Origin: Desulfurococcaceae archaeon
GTDB lineage: Archaea; Thermoproteota; Thermoprotei_A; Sulfolobales; Desulfurococcaceae
DNA length: 64,000 bases
NCBI GenBank assembly: GCA_028275705.1
Contig: JAPWUD010000004.1
Span: forward strand, 22,001-86,000
Direction of reading: 5' to 3'
The position numbers were made by a program, and so were the translations under genes. Within the stretch, counting starts at the first letter, position 1. Each line of letters opens with the position of its first letter. Positions 20,354-31,795 of the stretch are shown here, in pieces. The notes below the pieces were generated by a model that worked only from the letters and a program-made list of their open reading frames with translations, was not told the DNA's origin and searched no databases.

Positions 20354-21065
20354 CATAATGTTAGAAACGCAGTCACTTGAAGCAGGCTACAAAGGCGTGA
20401 AGGTCCTATGGGGGGTGAATATAAAAGTTCACCGTGGTGAAATAGTCTCCATTCTAGGTCCCAATGGAGCCGGTAAAACAACCCTTATTAGAACAATTAT
20501 GGGCATTATTAAACCCTATTCAGGGAAAGTGCTGTTTGAGGGTAAAGACATCACGAATTTAGACCCTTATCGTAGAATTAAGCTGGGTCTCTACCTTGTA
20601 CCGGATACTCGAGGTCTCTTCCCTGAGATGAGCGTCTATGAGAACTTACTAATGGGCGCATACCTTGTAAAGAATAGATCAGAAGTGGAAAAGAAGCTGG
20701 AAGAGGTCTATGGACTCTTTCCTGTGCTTAAAGAAAGGAATAAGCAAAAAGCAAGGACCTTAAGTGGTGGGGAGCAGCAAATGCTCGCTATAGCAAAAGT
20801 TCTAATGGGTAGTCCAAGATTACTTATGCTTGATGAACCAACCCTAGGTCTAAGCCCTAAACTCTCTGCTGAAGTCACTAATACTATTAAGAAATTACGC
20901 GACGAACTCGGAATTACTATACTATTGGTCGAGGAAAAAGTACACTATGCCTTAAAAATATCCGATAGAGTCTACGTAATAGATCAAGGCAACATAGTCT
21001 ATGAAGCTGATAGAACCAGGTTTGCATCGGCAGAGGAGATACTGAGAAAGTATGTAGGTACATAA
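20337..21065 (+). CDS. Liv-type ABC ATPase (LivF-like)
   Basis: GPNGAGKTT, FPVLKER, LSGGEQQMLAI, DEPTLGLSP. Confidence 0.93.
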   Translation: MRLLNDIMLETQSLEAGYKGVKVLWGVNIKVHRGEIVSILGPNGAGKTTLIRTIMGIIKPYSGKVLFEGKDITNLDPYRRIKLGLYLVPDTRGLFPEMSVYENLLMGAYLVKNRSEVEKKLEEVYGLFPVLKERNKQKARTLSGGEQQMLAIAKVLMGSPRLLMLDEPTLGLSPKLSAEVTNTIKKLRDELGITILLVEEKVHYALKISDRVYVIDQGNIVYEADRTRFASAEEILRKYVGT

Positions 21066-21589
21066 ATTATTAGGCAAGTAGCTAATCACAGAGCAGCTTG
21101 ATTGCTACAGAAGCACTGCAACTGCTTTTCGTCCATGAATTTAAAGGTTAGAAGACTCCAAATCCACAGTAGAACCTGACAGATACAGTTGACAGCTGTA
21201 TATTAAGTGTGGAATTGCATAGAAACTTATCTCGAAAGGTCAGAATATATGAGCAACTTTACAGAGTAAAGGATTTAGCAAAACTTATGGCGGAGCTTTA
21301 GCTAAATAATCTGTTAGATTTTTACCGAAAATTTAGTTTCTTTAAGGCGAGAAAACCTCATTGGTTTAAATAACTTCTCCTAATGCAGACCTGTGGGAGA
21401 TACTGAGATAAAACCATGCAGGTAAAATTAATACTAATGGTGATTAATCTTTACATTAGTTTTTATAATATTTCCTAACAAAACCCCAGTATAGAGGCAG
21501 CCTTCTTGGAGCAAAGTGAATACATGTACGAAACCTATAGAGAGATTATTAAAAAAAGATAGAAAACGCCATAAGTGGTCTTCATTTAT

Positions 21590-22235
21590 GTCCTATTATA
21601 GATTTCTACTCCTAGTTCTGTAGCTGTTTCAACTGCTTCTCGTCTCCAAATGGAGTTATTATAATTAGTCTTGGTTTAACACTTGTTACCCTCTAGTATA
21701 GGTTTCCTATTCTTTGTAATATTACCATGTCTTCACTTGATGCACTAGCTTTAAATCTCGACAAGTACGTGGACACTGTTCTTGACTGATGAGTCTGCCT
21801 CTATTTCTGATGGATAACTATATACTTCCTCCCTCTCATCAAAATACCTTTGCTTCTCAACCCTCCTCTTCCTATAGCCTCCTCTATAATCCGCTTCATA
21901 GCTCACCTAAAAGCATATTCCAACTCAATACCTCACTCAGCCTCAATTGCCGTTATTCTTCTATCAAAACTATTCACTCTCCTTATTAAAGCTTCGAACT
22001 TTTTATTGCGGTCTAGTAGCTTGCTCTCAATAGCTTCAAACCCCCTGTACGTCCCCCTAGCATTTATTGTTCTCTTCATATCTCTTGGCTTGCTCTTGTA
22101 TGTATGTTTGAAAGTCCTTGCGTAGTTTCTTCAATTCATTGAGTATAGTGTCAAATCCAAGTAGACCAGCCACTGCGAGTTTAAACTCCTCATCCCCTCT
22201 ATGTAACCCTAGAATTTTCTTCTCGAGGCTCTATA
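21590..22235 (-). pseudogene. Degraded paralogue of the coiled-coil/PD-(D/E)XK protein at 51135
   Basis: Minus strand reads RGDEEFKLAVAGLLGFDTILNELKKLRKDF..EQAKRYEENNKC*..., matching REDEEFRMAVAGLIGLDAILSELRKLREDF; multiple stops and frameshifts; boundaries approximate. Confidence 0.8.
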
Positions 22236-22441
22236 GTCTCCAAGTCTTATCTCACGATAATTTACTTCCATCTGGTTAGTAATAGTCGTTGTGATGAGTT
22301 ACCTTTTAAACCACTATATTATCTTTTAAATTGAAGTATATTAATTGGGGATTGTGGTGGAGGCTGAAGTACGTAGAGTCTTTGTTGGTAGAATGAAGTA
22401 TCCTTTCATAGCTAGAGTGGGGAGGATTAAAGGTGTGAGTA

Positions 22442-23112
<671 letters not shown>

Positions 23113-23274
23113 TTATTCCGTCATTCCTTTAAAATACATTAATACTCTCTAGGTCTTGGATTAAACAATAGGCTGTTGCATAATTAATGATAAGTTTAAG
23201 TATCTGTGGTTACTTGTAAATGCTTGGCTTTCAGAGTAATGTTTAAATACCCATATCTCATTGTAGTTTCTTGG

Positions 23275-23452
23275 ATGACCCGCTCTGCGGTGACGTAGAG
23301 ACTCAGATGGGAGCCCCGTGGCGTTGGGCTCGACGGGGGCCCATGGGGCGTGGGCGAGGCTGGTGAACCCACACCGAGGCCCAACCCCGCTAGCGGAATT
23401 ACATTACAAGTATTCACAAATACCGTCAAGTGCCGTTAGCGGGGAAACGCTC
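23275..23452 (+). ncRNA. GC-rich structured element, possibly a tnpB-tail/omegaRNA relic of a third family
   Basis: GC island in AT-rich spacer downstream of TTTAAATA; stems GAGCCC/GGGCTC and CCCCGCTAGCGG...CCGTTAGCGGGG; family assignment is from recollection of archaeal tnpB tails only. Confidence 0.5.
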
Positions 23453-23537
23453 TCAACTCTACTAACCTATCCCCGTCTATAGTCTTCTTTAATAGCCAAT
23501 ATATACTCCACTTAGTTTATTTAGAAAGGGTGTTTTC

Positions 23538-24383
23538 GTGGATCTCTATATAAGCGACTCTATACTGGAGAAGCTGTTGTTTGAGGATATACAATATGTA
23601 GATTTAACTACGGGTGTATTGGGAATAGGTAGTGTTGAGGGTGTTGCAAGGGTATTCTTCAGGGAGAATGGAGTTGTAGCGTGTAGTGAGGAGGCTTCGA
23701 GGATTTATGAACTCGTAGGCGCTAGAGTCAAGTACTTTGTAGGGAGTGGTGAGTGGGTTCAGGCAAATCAACTAGTTCTAGAAGCTCAGGGTAAGGCCTC
23801 CTCTCTACACTTAGCGTGGAGAGTAGCGCAGACGCTTCTATCTTACGCGAGTGGAGTTGCCACATACACACGTAGGATGGTTGAGAAAGCGAAAAGAAGT
23901 AATCCAGGTGTTGTAATAGCTACAACTCGTCAAACACCTCCAGGTACGAGGCCATTCTACATTAAAGCCGTATTAGCAGGTGGAGGAATAGTACATAGGC
24001 AGTCCCTCTCAGACTCCATACTCATATTTGACAACCACCTTGTATTCCTAGAAGAACATGGGGTGAGTGGAGCAGTGAAGAGAGCTTTAAAGCTTGGAGG
24101 AGGGAGGAGTGTAGGGATAGAGGTAAAAGACATAGAGGAAGCCATAGAGGCCGTAGAGTCTGGTGCATACTACATTCAATTCGATAGAGTGCAACCCAAT
24201 ATACTTAAAGACTGGGTTAAGAAGATCAGGGGGCTGAGCAGTAGAGTTGTAATAGGGGTAGGAGGGGGTATAACAATAGAAAATATAGAGGAGTATGCAT
24301 CTACGGGAGTAGATGTAGTTGTGACGTCTGCACCGTATCGAGCCAGACCCATTGATGTCTCAACACGGATGGAGAAAATTTAA
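23538..24383 (+). CDS. modD: ModD protein (NadC/QPRTase-like)
   Basis: EDIQYVDLTT, SGVATYT, TTRQTPPG, HRQSLSDSILIFDNH, YIQFD, GGITIENIEEYA. Confidence 0.85.
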   Translation: MDLYISDSILEKLLFEDIQYVDLTTGVLGIGSVEGVARVFFRENGVVACSEEASRIYELVGARVKYFVGSGEWVQANQLVLEAQGKASSLHLAWRVAQTLLSYASGVATYTRRMVEKAKRSNPGVVIATTRQTPPGTRPFYIKAVLAGGGIVHRQSLSDSILIFDNHLVFLEEHGVSGAVKRALKLGGGRSVGIEVKDIEEAIEAVESGAYYIQFDRVQPNILKDWVKKIRGLSSRVVIGVGGGITIENIEEYASTGVDVVVTSAPYRARPIDVSTRMEKI

Positions 24384-24421
24384 GTCCAGTGATTCATAGG
24401 CGAGAAAACACTATTCTCTTG

Positions 24422-25420
24422 TCAAGTCTTAATCAGGATGGCTTTCAATATCCTTATGTTAACCTCACTCCCTATTTTCACTCCGTGTGGATTATACTTA
24501 GTAACTATTAATGCCCCGTCCACGTTAATAACTAGTTTCTTAACACCATTAATTTCCCCACTCCACACAATTCTCCCCTTTAATCTACCCTTTTGGTTCA
24601 CTATAGCACCATCAGGTGGAATATAAACCTTGTCGACTCCTCTACTTACATTGCATGGTTGAATGGGGGCCCTCTCATAGCCTATTATTGCATAACACTC
24701 ATTTTCATCTAATCCACTCGCATCGACCACGCTTCCAAACCAAGCTAACTTGCTAGGGTCTACTGAGTGTGGCTCAAAGTCTTTGGGCGGCCCTGCATAG
24801 ATTACTCTACCATTCCAGAGAAATATGATCTCGTCAGCTCTATTCATAGCCCACTCGAGGTCATGTGTAACTATAATTGTTGTTAAACCCCTCTCTCTAC
24901 TAATTCTCTCGATCTCTTCATATATTTCAAGCCTAATACCCACGTCAAGGCTTTGCTCAATTTCATCCACTAAGAGGGGGTTTCCTCCCACTACTAGAGA
25001 CCTGGCAATAGCGACTCTCCTCGCTTCACCACTACTTAGCTGGGATGGGTACTTCGAGGCGAGGTGTTCTATGGATAGCTTTTTTAGAGCCCAATTAACC
25101 CTCTCTTCAATTACTCTCTTATTAAAACTCCTTATCTTCAGCGGAAATGCAATGTTCTCCCAGACGTTCATGTGTGGGAATAATGCGTTTCTCTGTGGAA
25201 TGTATAGTATGTTCCTCCTATATGGGGGTATATTGTCAACGACTTTTCCATCAAATAATACACTCCCTTTGTATTGAGTTAAACCTGCAATTACTCTTAG
25301 AATCGTGGTTTTTCCAGCTCCATTAGGGCCTACTATAGCCGAGATCTCCCTGGGAGGAAACTCAACAGTGATACCGTGTAAGGCGTAGTTTTCAATATTT
25401 CTCAGTGAAACCCTTACCAT
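24422..25420 (-). CDS. ABC ATPase (CysA/ModC/PotA-like with C-terminal TOBE-like region)
   Basis: GPNGAGKTT, ALFPHMNVWENIAF, LSSGEARRVAIAR, VTHD. Confidence 0.88.
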   Translation of the reverse strand: MVRVSLRNIENYALHGITVEFPPREISAIVGPNGAGKTTILRVIAGLTQYKGSVLFDGKVVDNIPPYRRNILYIPQRNALFPHMNVWENIAFPLKIRSFNKRVIEERVNWALKKLSIEHLASKYPSQLSSGEARRVAIARSLVVGGNPLLVDEIEQSLDVGIRLEIYEEIERISRERGLTTIIVTHDLEWAMNRADEIIFLWNGRVIYAGPPKDFEPHSVDPSKLAWFGSVVDASGLDENECYAIIGYERAPIQPCNVSRGVDKVYIPPDGAIVNQKGRLKGRIVWSGEINGVKKLVINVDGALIVTKYNPHGVKIGSEVNIRILKAILIKT

Positions 25421-26202
25421 GACCTCTCACCAATCCACTTTGATGCAATTCTCTTCTCAACAACATCTATAGACTCTACTATGGCCACTATGACTATTGA
25501 TAGAGCAATTATAGTTGATAACAAGTGCTTTACATCTATTGTTATAGAGTACATGAGTAGTAAGTGCCCTAGACCAGAGGTTAGGGCAAGCATTTCAACA
25601 ACAAGTGTTGTTTTAAACACCATTATAGCCTCTGTTTTAACTATAGGCGTGATCTTGAGTAGTGAAATGGGCGCCACTACCCTTGTAAGAGTAGTCCATG
25701 TATTGGCACCCAGTGTGAGAGCTACCTCCACCTGATCTAAATCAACTGTTCTCCTAGCATTTAAAACACCATAGAGTATAGGCGGGAAGCTGCATATAAA
25801 GGATGCAGTTATGGGTAATACTATTGGATCTAGGCCAACCCATAGGATTAAAAGAGGCACTAGAGCTACTGTAGGTATTGTAAAGAGTATTGAAGCAGCC
25901 GGCTGAATATACTCCTCTAGTTTTAACCCTACGATGAGAAATCCAAGTATAATCCCCATTAATGAGCCCAACAAAAACCCGAGTCCAGCCCTGAGTATAG
26001 TGAGAGCGGTGTTTTCGAGGAGGATGTGCAAGTACTCCGTATCCATGAAGCTACAAGCCACTTCGCTAAACGATGGGAGTATGTATGAGGGGTATACACG
26101 CGCTCTACCAACGAGCTCCCATACCAGTGTGAGGAGTATAATGGATGTTGCGGTTTTCACGGGTTTCATATTCCTATATTGATGTAGTGAGCGAGCTTGC
26201 AT
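25414..26202 (-). CDS. ABC permease (NitT/TauT, SsuC-like)
   Basis: WEL...ILPS, TILR, IPTVALVPLLILWVG, EVALTLGA, VEM....GLG. Confidence 0.88.
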   Translation of the reverse strand: MQARSLHQYRNMKPVKTATSIILLTLVWELVGRARVYPSYILPSFSEVACSFMDTEYLHILLENTALTILRAGLGFLLGSLMGIILGFLIVGLKLEEYIQPAASILFTIPTVALVPLLILWVGLDPIVLPITASFICSFPPILYGVLNARRTVDLDQVEVALTLGANTWTTLTRVVAPISLLKITPIVKTEAIMVFKTTLVVEMLALTSGLGHLLLMYSITIDVKHLLSTIIALSIVIVAIVESIDVVEKRIASKWIGERSW

Positions 26203-27112
26203 TATACCTCTCCTTGATCACCCCCTTTGAATACATGAAATCAATGTAATCTTGAATTTGCTGTATATCAATATCAGTACTCCATTGAATTGTCTGAATA
26301 GCCTTCAATGCAGCGTCTTCACTTATCCCCAGCCACTTAGCAAGAGTCTTAGCGGCTTGAACGGGTTCTTTTTTGACGTCATTAACGCTGTTTTTAACTA
26401 GGGCAATTATTTTCCTAGCCACATCTGGGTTTTTCTCAAGGTAGTCTTTTGTAGCGAATAAGTAGCTTCCAGGCATATTAGGCCAGACTTCACTGCTTTC
26501 AAGCAGTATCTTCAAGCCCTTAGACTCCGCGACCTCTGGAAACGGCTTTGGTAGTATAGCTGCATCTATAGAGCCGCTGAGGAGGCCTGCGAGTATTTCC
26601 TGTGGTTGCATTGTTTTAATTTCTGAGAAGCTGATATTGTATTCATCCTGTATTTTTAATGCTAGGAAATACGCCTGTGTACCGGGTCCCGGTGTGTAGA
26701 CTGCTCGACCATTAAGATCCCTTACCTCTTTTACTCTGCCTGGGTTGACCACAAGAGCGAAGCCTCCATCGTGTACTTTTCCAATAATCTTCACAGAGAT
26801 ACCTTTATCAATCATCATTATAATGGGGCCTAAGCATGCCTGGCCGGCAGTAACATCGCCTCTAGCAACTGCAGCAGCTAACTCCATTCCTGTTCTAAAT
26901 AGCAGTAAATTAGTGACGTTGATATTGTTTTTCCCGAGTAGATTTCCATCTAGTACCATGAAGAATGGTGTTGCATGAGCATTGAACTCTACACCAAGGG
27001 CAATAGGCTTTGCACTCGTAGTAGTACCCTTTAAGTAAATATAGTAGAGAATTGTTGCAATTACTAGAACACTCGCGATTACCGCAAGAAGCGTCCTACT
27101 CCGCATCGTCAA
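26174..27112 (-). CDS. ABC substrate-binding protein (SsuA/TauA/NrtA-like)
   Basis: N-terminal TM helix, FRTGMELAAAVARGDV, DLNGR, GSIDAAILPKPF, YLEKNPD. Confidence 0.85.
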   Translation of the reverse strand: MTMRSRTLLAVIASVLVIATILYYIYLKGTTTSAKPIALGVEFNAHATPFFMVLDGNLLGKNNINVTNLLLFRTGMELAAAVARGDVTAGQACLGPIIMMIDKGISVKIIGKVHDGGFALVVNPGRVKEVRDLNGRAVYTPGPGTQAYFLALKIQDEYNISFSEIKTMQPQEILAGLLSGSIDAAILPKPFPEVAESKGLKILLESSEVWPNMPGSYLFATKDYLEKNPDVARKIIALVKNSVNDVKKEPVQAAKTLAKWLGISEDAALKAIQTIQWSTDIDIQQIQDYIDFMYSKGVIKERYNASSLTTSI

Positions 27113-27391
27113 ACCACCTTGTTAGACAATAGTAAATCACAAAGAGCTTTATGAAGTCTCTTTACTTCTATAATGACTCCCATCACACCTTTCACCCCGA
27201 AAGAAAGCTATTAGAGACAGGTTTTTAACCTCTCGCTTCATGTCTTGTCAATCAATATAGATGGACAGAAGATCGTAGTGATGATCTCGTAAGTATATTC
27301 TTTTACTATATGTGAGTGTTCTGCTGGTTAATAACTAGTGTAGTGTTCATGAAGTATTTTTAAGTCTAAGTCTTGTATACTAATTCAATGG

Positions 27392-29992
27392 GTGTACTCG
27401 ATGCGGAGAGCTCTAGAAGTAGTAGTCTTAATTCTACTATTAACCCCAATCATTTTACTATCAATAGGGATCTCGCAGACTAGTGCTAGTGCAGGAGTAG
27501 AAGTAATTACTGGCCCTACTCCAATAATGGAGGGTGAAGCTAAAGGCCCGGGAGACGTTACATTAATGAATGAGTATTTAGCAGTAGCATTCGGTATTTC
27601 CACGACTCCACCGTGGGGTATTCCGCCAGGACATATTATAGATATAGCACCTGTTGGCGAGAAAACGCAGGATGTTGTTGCGCAATTCAGTTTTCCACTA
27701 AATGACTGGGGTAATTGGGCTAAAATAACGGAGTTTAGTATTGTTGAACGAGGGCCGTTAAGGGCTGTTGTGAAAGCTATTGGTTATTGGAAGGATCTAC
27801 GCGTGGAGTACACCTATATACTTGAGTCGGGTAAACCATATTTAGAGGTAGCAGTGAATGTAACTAACGTGGGTTCGACAACATACTCTAATTTAATAAT
27901 GGGGCCTGCAATAACTTTTGAGCGAGGATGGACATTTGTACCTGGTTTTGGAACAGGTAGACTTCCAACAATGCCTATTCTTGGAACCAGCATTATGGAT
28001 GACTGGGTTGCAGGATACCACGAAGACTACGCCATAGGACTCTATGCACCCAACTATACCCATATATCACTCCACACGTTCTTTGTGGATCCATTCTACA
28101 GCGTTACATTAAACCCAGGTGAGAGTAGGGTTTTCAAAGCATATATAGTGGTCTTGAATAAACCAGATACTTGTCGACTAGCAGAGATCATTTATGGGTT
28201 TAAGAATCTAAGCGTGGGATATGTCGAGGGTTTTGTATCGAATAATAAGGGTCAGAGGCTTGAAGGTGCTGGAGTAGTAGCCTATAGAGGCGATAAACCA
28301 TACTGTTGGAGTATAACAGAGGCTGGCGGAGCATATAGAATGCCTCTACCAGCACCTAATTCATATAATTTAACAGCCGTAGCTAAAGCCCATGGTCCAA
28401 GTAGTAGAGTAGGGGTTACTCTAGGCACTGGTGAAACAGCACATGCCGACTTCACTGATCTCACTGTGCCTGGTAAAATAACTGTAAATGTATTTAGAAA
28501 TGACACTGGAAAACCAGTTGATGCACAGATAATAATTAGTGGAGGATATGTACCACCCATTCAATACATGGCGGTTACTACAGCTTATACAGGCCTCTAC
28601 GATGTAGGCCACGCCGAGATCGAAATTGCTCCCGGCAGCTACAATGTAACAGTGAATTATGGCGTAGACTTCATTAGCCTACCAAAGACAATACCCATCT
28701 CGGTGGAGTCTGAGAAAACTGTGGGAGTTAATGTAACAGTGGATGTATTATTTAAGCCAGAGGAGTATGGCTGGTACTCAATCGACTTGCATCACCACTC
28801 TAATTACCTAGATGGAAAGACGCCACCAGACCTCCTAGTGGTGGCTCAATTAGCGGCAGCACTAGACTTTACATTTGTAAGTGACCATGACTATGTTGGA
28901 AACTGCCCTGTAATAAAAGAGTATTCTAGTTCTCGTGGAGTACCATTCATATGTGGAGTAGAGATCTCACCCGACTGGGCCCACTTTAATGTATACCCCG
29001 TCATATACCCGGATAAACTAGTATATCGAGGCACACTCAAAGAGATCATTGAGGGGGCGAAGAAAGCCGGGGCACTAGTCATTAGAGCAAATCACCCATA
29101 TATTGGGGGATTATTCATTGCACAAGAGTTAAACAATATACCGGGTGGTTATTACGAGGAGTGGGATGTAGCTGAGATAAATGGCCCTTGGGGCACGGAT
29201 GACAACAAAACACTCACAAAGATGTTTACACTGTGGAGTAGTGGCGTCCACAAATACCTAACGGCTGGAAGCGATGTACACGATGTATTAACCCAGACAT
29301 ATACTGGTAAACCAAGACTAGTTGCATATCTACCAAGCGGTCCAAGCACTGAGTCCTTAGCGGAAGCCGAGAAGTATGGACACTCATTCATATCCTATGG
29401 ACCACTTATATTTACTAATCCCCTACCAGGCTCGACAATGTTTGTAGGGGGCTTAGATGGGGAATTAAAGATCGCTTTAAAACTATTCTCAGTAAATGGA
29501 CTCGATAGACTGGAGGTTTATGGTAAGTATGGCAGGTTGATAGGGACTATTCCACTAAATAAATCACAAAGCTTAGATTTAGAGGTTAAGGTATTAGCGA
29601 GTGAAGCGACAAATGGAACTGAAAACGGCTTCATAGTGTTCATTGCCTACGATACAAAGGGTAATAGAGCCATTGTAAACCCCATTTGGATTGATATGTA
29701 TGGTGTGCCGAGAGAAGTTACTCATACAACAACAAGTACTGTTACCGAAACCTCAACGATCACGTCTACGTATACCGAGAAAGTTACTCAAACAACGACA
29801 ATAAAGGAGATCTCAACAGCAACGTATACAGAGACAAGTACTATTACCCAAACAACAACATTCACACACAGAGAGACCACTACCACTACTCAGACGAGTG
29901 AAGTAGTAAGATACGACACTACAATAGCTCTTGCATTAGTAACATTGATAATAGGGTTCACCGTAGGATTCACGGCCAGGAGGAAAAAGTAA
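27392..29992 (+). CDS. Secreted, membrane-anchored PHP-domain (CehA/McbA-like) metallohydrolase
   Basis: Signal peptide; DLHHHS, SDHD, GVEIS, HFN, NHPY, GSDVH PHP motifs; Thr-rich linker, TM helix and RRKK tail. Confidence 0.85.
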   Translation: MYSMRRALEVVVLILLLTPIILLSIGISQTSASAGVEVITGPTPIMEGEAKGPGDVTLMNEYLAVAFGISTTPPWGIPPGHIIDIAPVGEKTQDVVAQFSFPLNDWGNWAKITEFSIVERGPLRAVVKAIGYWKDLRVEYTYILESGKPYLEVAVNVTNVGSTTYSNLIMGPAITFERGWTFVPGFGTGRLPTMPILGTSIMDDWVAGYHEDYAIGLYAPNYTHISLHTFFVDPFYSVTLNPGESRVFKAYIVVLNKPDTCRLAEIIYGFKNLSVGYVEGFVSNNKGQRLEGAGVVAYRGDKPYCWSITEAGGAYRMPLPAPNSYNLTAVAKAHGPSSRVGVTLGTGETAHADFTDLTVPGKITVNVFRNDTGKPVDAQIIISGGYVPPIQYMAVTTAYTGLYDVGHAEIEIAPGSYNVTVNYGVDFISLPKTIPISVESEKTVGVNVTVDVLFKPEEYGWYSIDLHHHSNYLDGKTPPDLLVVAQLAAALDFTFVSDHDYVGNCPVIKEYSSSRGVPFICGVEISPDWAHFNVYPVIYPDKLVYRGTLKEIIEGAKKAGALVIRANHPYIGGLFIAQELNNIPGGYYEEWDVAEINGPWGTDDNKTLTKMFTLWSSGVHKYLTAGSDVHDVLTQTYTGKPRLVAYLPSGPSTESLAEAEKYGHSFISYGPLIFTNPLPGSTMFVGGLDGELKIALKLFSVNGLDRLEVYGKYGRLIGTIPLNKSQSLDLEVKVLASEATNGTENGFIVFIAYDTKGNRAIVNPIWIDMYGVPREVTHTTTSTVTETSTITSTYTEKVTQTTTIKEISTATYTETSTITQTTTFTHRETTTTTQTSEVVRYDTTIALALVTLIIGFTVGFTARRKK

Positions 29993-30296
29993 AGAATATT
30001 TTTTATTTATTGTTCATCCATAATCTACTCCTCATGATCAAGTCTTTTTCTAGGTAGAACATTTATTCCATTTCCTCTTTACATAGGCTCCAACTTGGAT
30101 TAGTGAGAGCTACTCTTGGTATTTGCGTAGATAAGTGTTTCCCGCGACTTCACTACCGCTAATTAAAGATTACTCAATAACTCTATTCTCTCGAGACTTA
30201 CTTAGAGACATTTAATGGTCTTCTAGGAATGTGGAGTCTTGGCATCCATACATCGACTTCGATAATAACTCTACACGTCCTCCGTTCATGAGGATC

Positions 30297-31202
30297 CTAT
30301 ATTGCTAAGTTTAACTCTTCAACTATCCGCTTTACCTTCTCCTCGACTTCAGGTTTCTCGGGTGTTAGCGGTGGTCTTGGATAAGGGTTTATGGGTGCGT
30401 TTAATACTTTTAGTAGTGTCTTGACAGCTGTTGGAAACGAGGATGAGTAGTCGTAGACTCTTACTAGCTTTAAGAGCCTACGCCACAACTCGAAGGCTCT
30501 CTTATAGTCTCCCGCTATGTACGCGTCGTAGATAGATCTGTGTAGTTGCGGAGTGGCATTTGCGAGAGCCATTATTCCCCCATCGCCACCCATAGTAAGT
30601 ACTGGGAGTAACTGATCGTCTAGACCCGTTAACACTGCAAAGTCCGCTCTCTCAACTTTAACTACTTGTATTAACTGCCTTAGGTAGGTTAAGTTCTCGT
30701 ATGTTACTTTAGCACCTACAAGGTTGCTGTACTCTCGGGCAAGCTCAAGGTAGAGATCCACTGGAATATTCACCCCTGTGAGGGATGGGATATTGTAGAT
30801 AATGACCGGTAAGTCCACTCTCTCCAGTATAGTTGAGAAGTGTAGCTTCAACCTATCTCGCGATAGCTTAAAGAAGAATGGTGGTGTAGTTATAACTCCA
30901 TCAACACCCATATCTCTGAACAACCTCCCAAGGGTTACTGAGTCGTTGGTGTGATTAGCACTAATACCTGGTAAAACCCAGACTTTACCCCCAACCTCTT
31001 CGAGTACAATACGTGTGACTAAGATGGATTCATCTCTAGAGAGATGCACGAATTCCCCTGTAGTGCTATTTGGAAATATTCCGTGAACGCCTCTCTCAGC
31101 CTGGTATTTTGCAAGCCACTTAACTCCGTTAATATCTATTGAATAATCCTCATTAAAGGGAGTAATGAAGGGTGTAATAACGCCGTAAAACATGGTGGGC
31201 AT
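30297..31202 (-). CDS. DHDPS/NAL-family aldolase (possible 2-keto-3-deoxy-gluconate/galactonate aldolase)
   Basis: TPF, STTGEF, YNIPSLTG, GAKVT (Schiff-base Lys), GGDGGI. Confidence 0.88.
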   Translation of the reverse strand: MPTMFYGVITPFITPFNEDYSIDINGVKWLAKYQAERGVHGIFPNSTTGEFVHLSRDESILVTRIVLEEVGGKVWVLPGISANHTNDSVTLGRLFRDMGVDGVITTPPFFFKLSRDRLKLHFSTILERVDLPVIIYNIPSLTGVNIPVDLYLELAREYSNLVGAKVTYENLTYLRQLIQVVKVERADFAVLTGLDDQLLPVLTMGGDGGIMALANATPQLHRSIYDAYIAGDYKRAFELWRRLLKLVRVYDYSSSFPTAVKTLLKVLNAPINPYPRPPLTPEKPEVEEKVKRIVEELNLAI

Positions 31203-31364
31203 GTAAAATCACCATTTTACTATATTCATTGCAAGGCAACTATAAACCCTCTTATTGCGAGAGAATAGTGGAGTTCAGTAAAGCTATATTGTTAGAGCGG
31301 TAGAGATCACTATAGCGGTGTTTTACGGGACATGCGTGGATTTATAGAATTAGAGTGTTTTAGT

Positions 31365-31679
31365 GGGGTTTGGGTTTCATTGGGCTTGATATCAAGCGAT
31401 ATCAAGCCCTCTTCCCTTGGCTTCACTGCCCTCGGGATCCCTTTTCATTGGGATCCATGTCACTGGGCTCCACCCGCTCTGGGTGACCCCGACCCACAGC
31501 TCCCCCTTCATTGTTTCCTCTGGGTCATTGCTGTGGGGAAACCCCCGCATCTTGGATTCCTCCCTCAAAACCCGCCTCTCTTGGGTCTTCACGATACACC
31601 CGCATCTCGAGGCGTCCCCCAGTAGAGGAAACATAAACAACCCTTATAAACCTCTATGAAAACAAAACAGTTGCAAAGG
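31365..31679 (-). mobile_element. IS607-type non-autonomous mini-element copy A (left end, promoter, tnpB fragments, omegaRNA-like right end)
   Basis: Colinear and highly similar to 48655-48967; right part matches 35590-35775; left end matches 34107-34170; encodes relics SRCGCIVKTQERRV and KMRGFPH. Confidence 0.82.
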
Positions 31680-31795
31680 CGTGAAGTGCCCATATATGAG
31701 GGATTAATGAATTTGGGTGAGAGGTGCTGAGTGCACACGTGTAGGAGCTTAGGTAAAAGAGTTTGAGGGGAAAAAGAGTTGTGTCTTGTTTGGTA

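Noticed and set aside
31332..31659. ORFs of 80-97 aa overlapping mini-element A, and similar ORFs at 35545-35899, 48639-48945, 22730-22918 and 23196-23429
   Set aside because: GC-rich non-coding scaffold or tnpB tail relics; starts, stops and frames are not conserved between copies.
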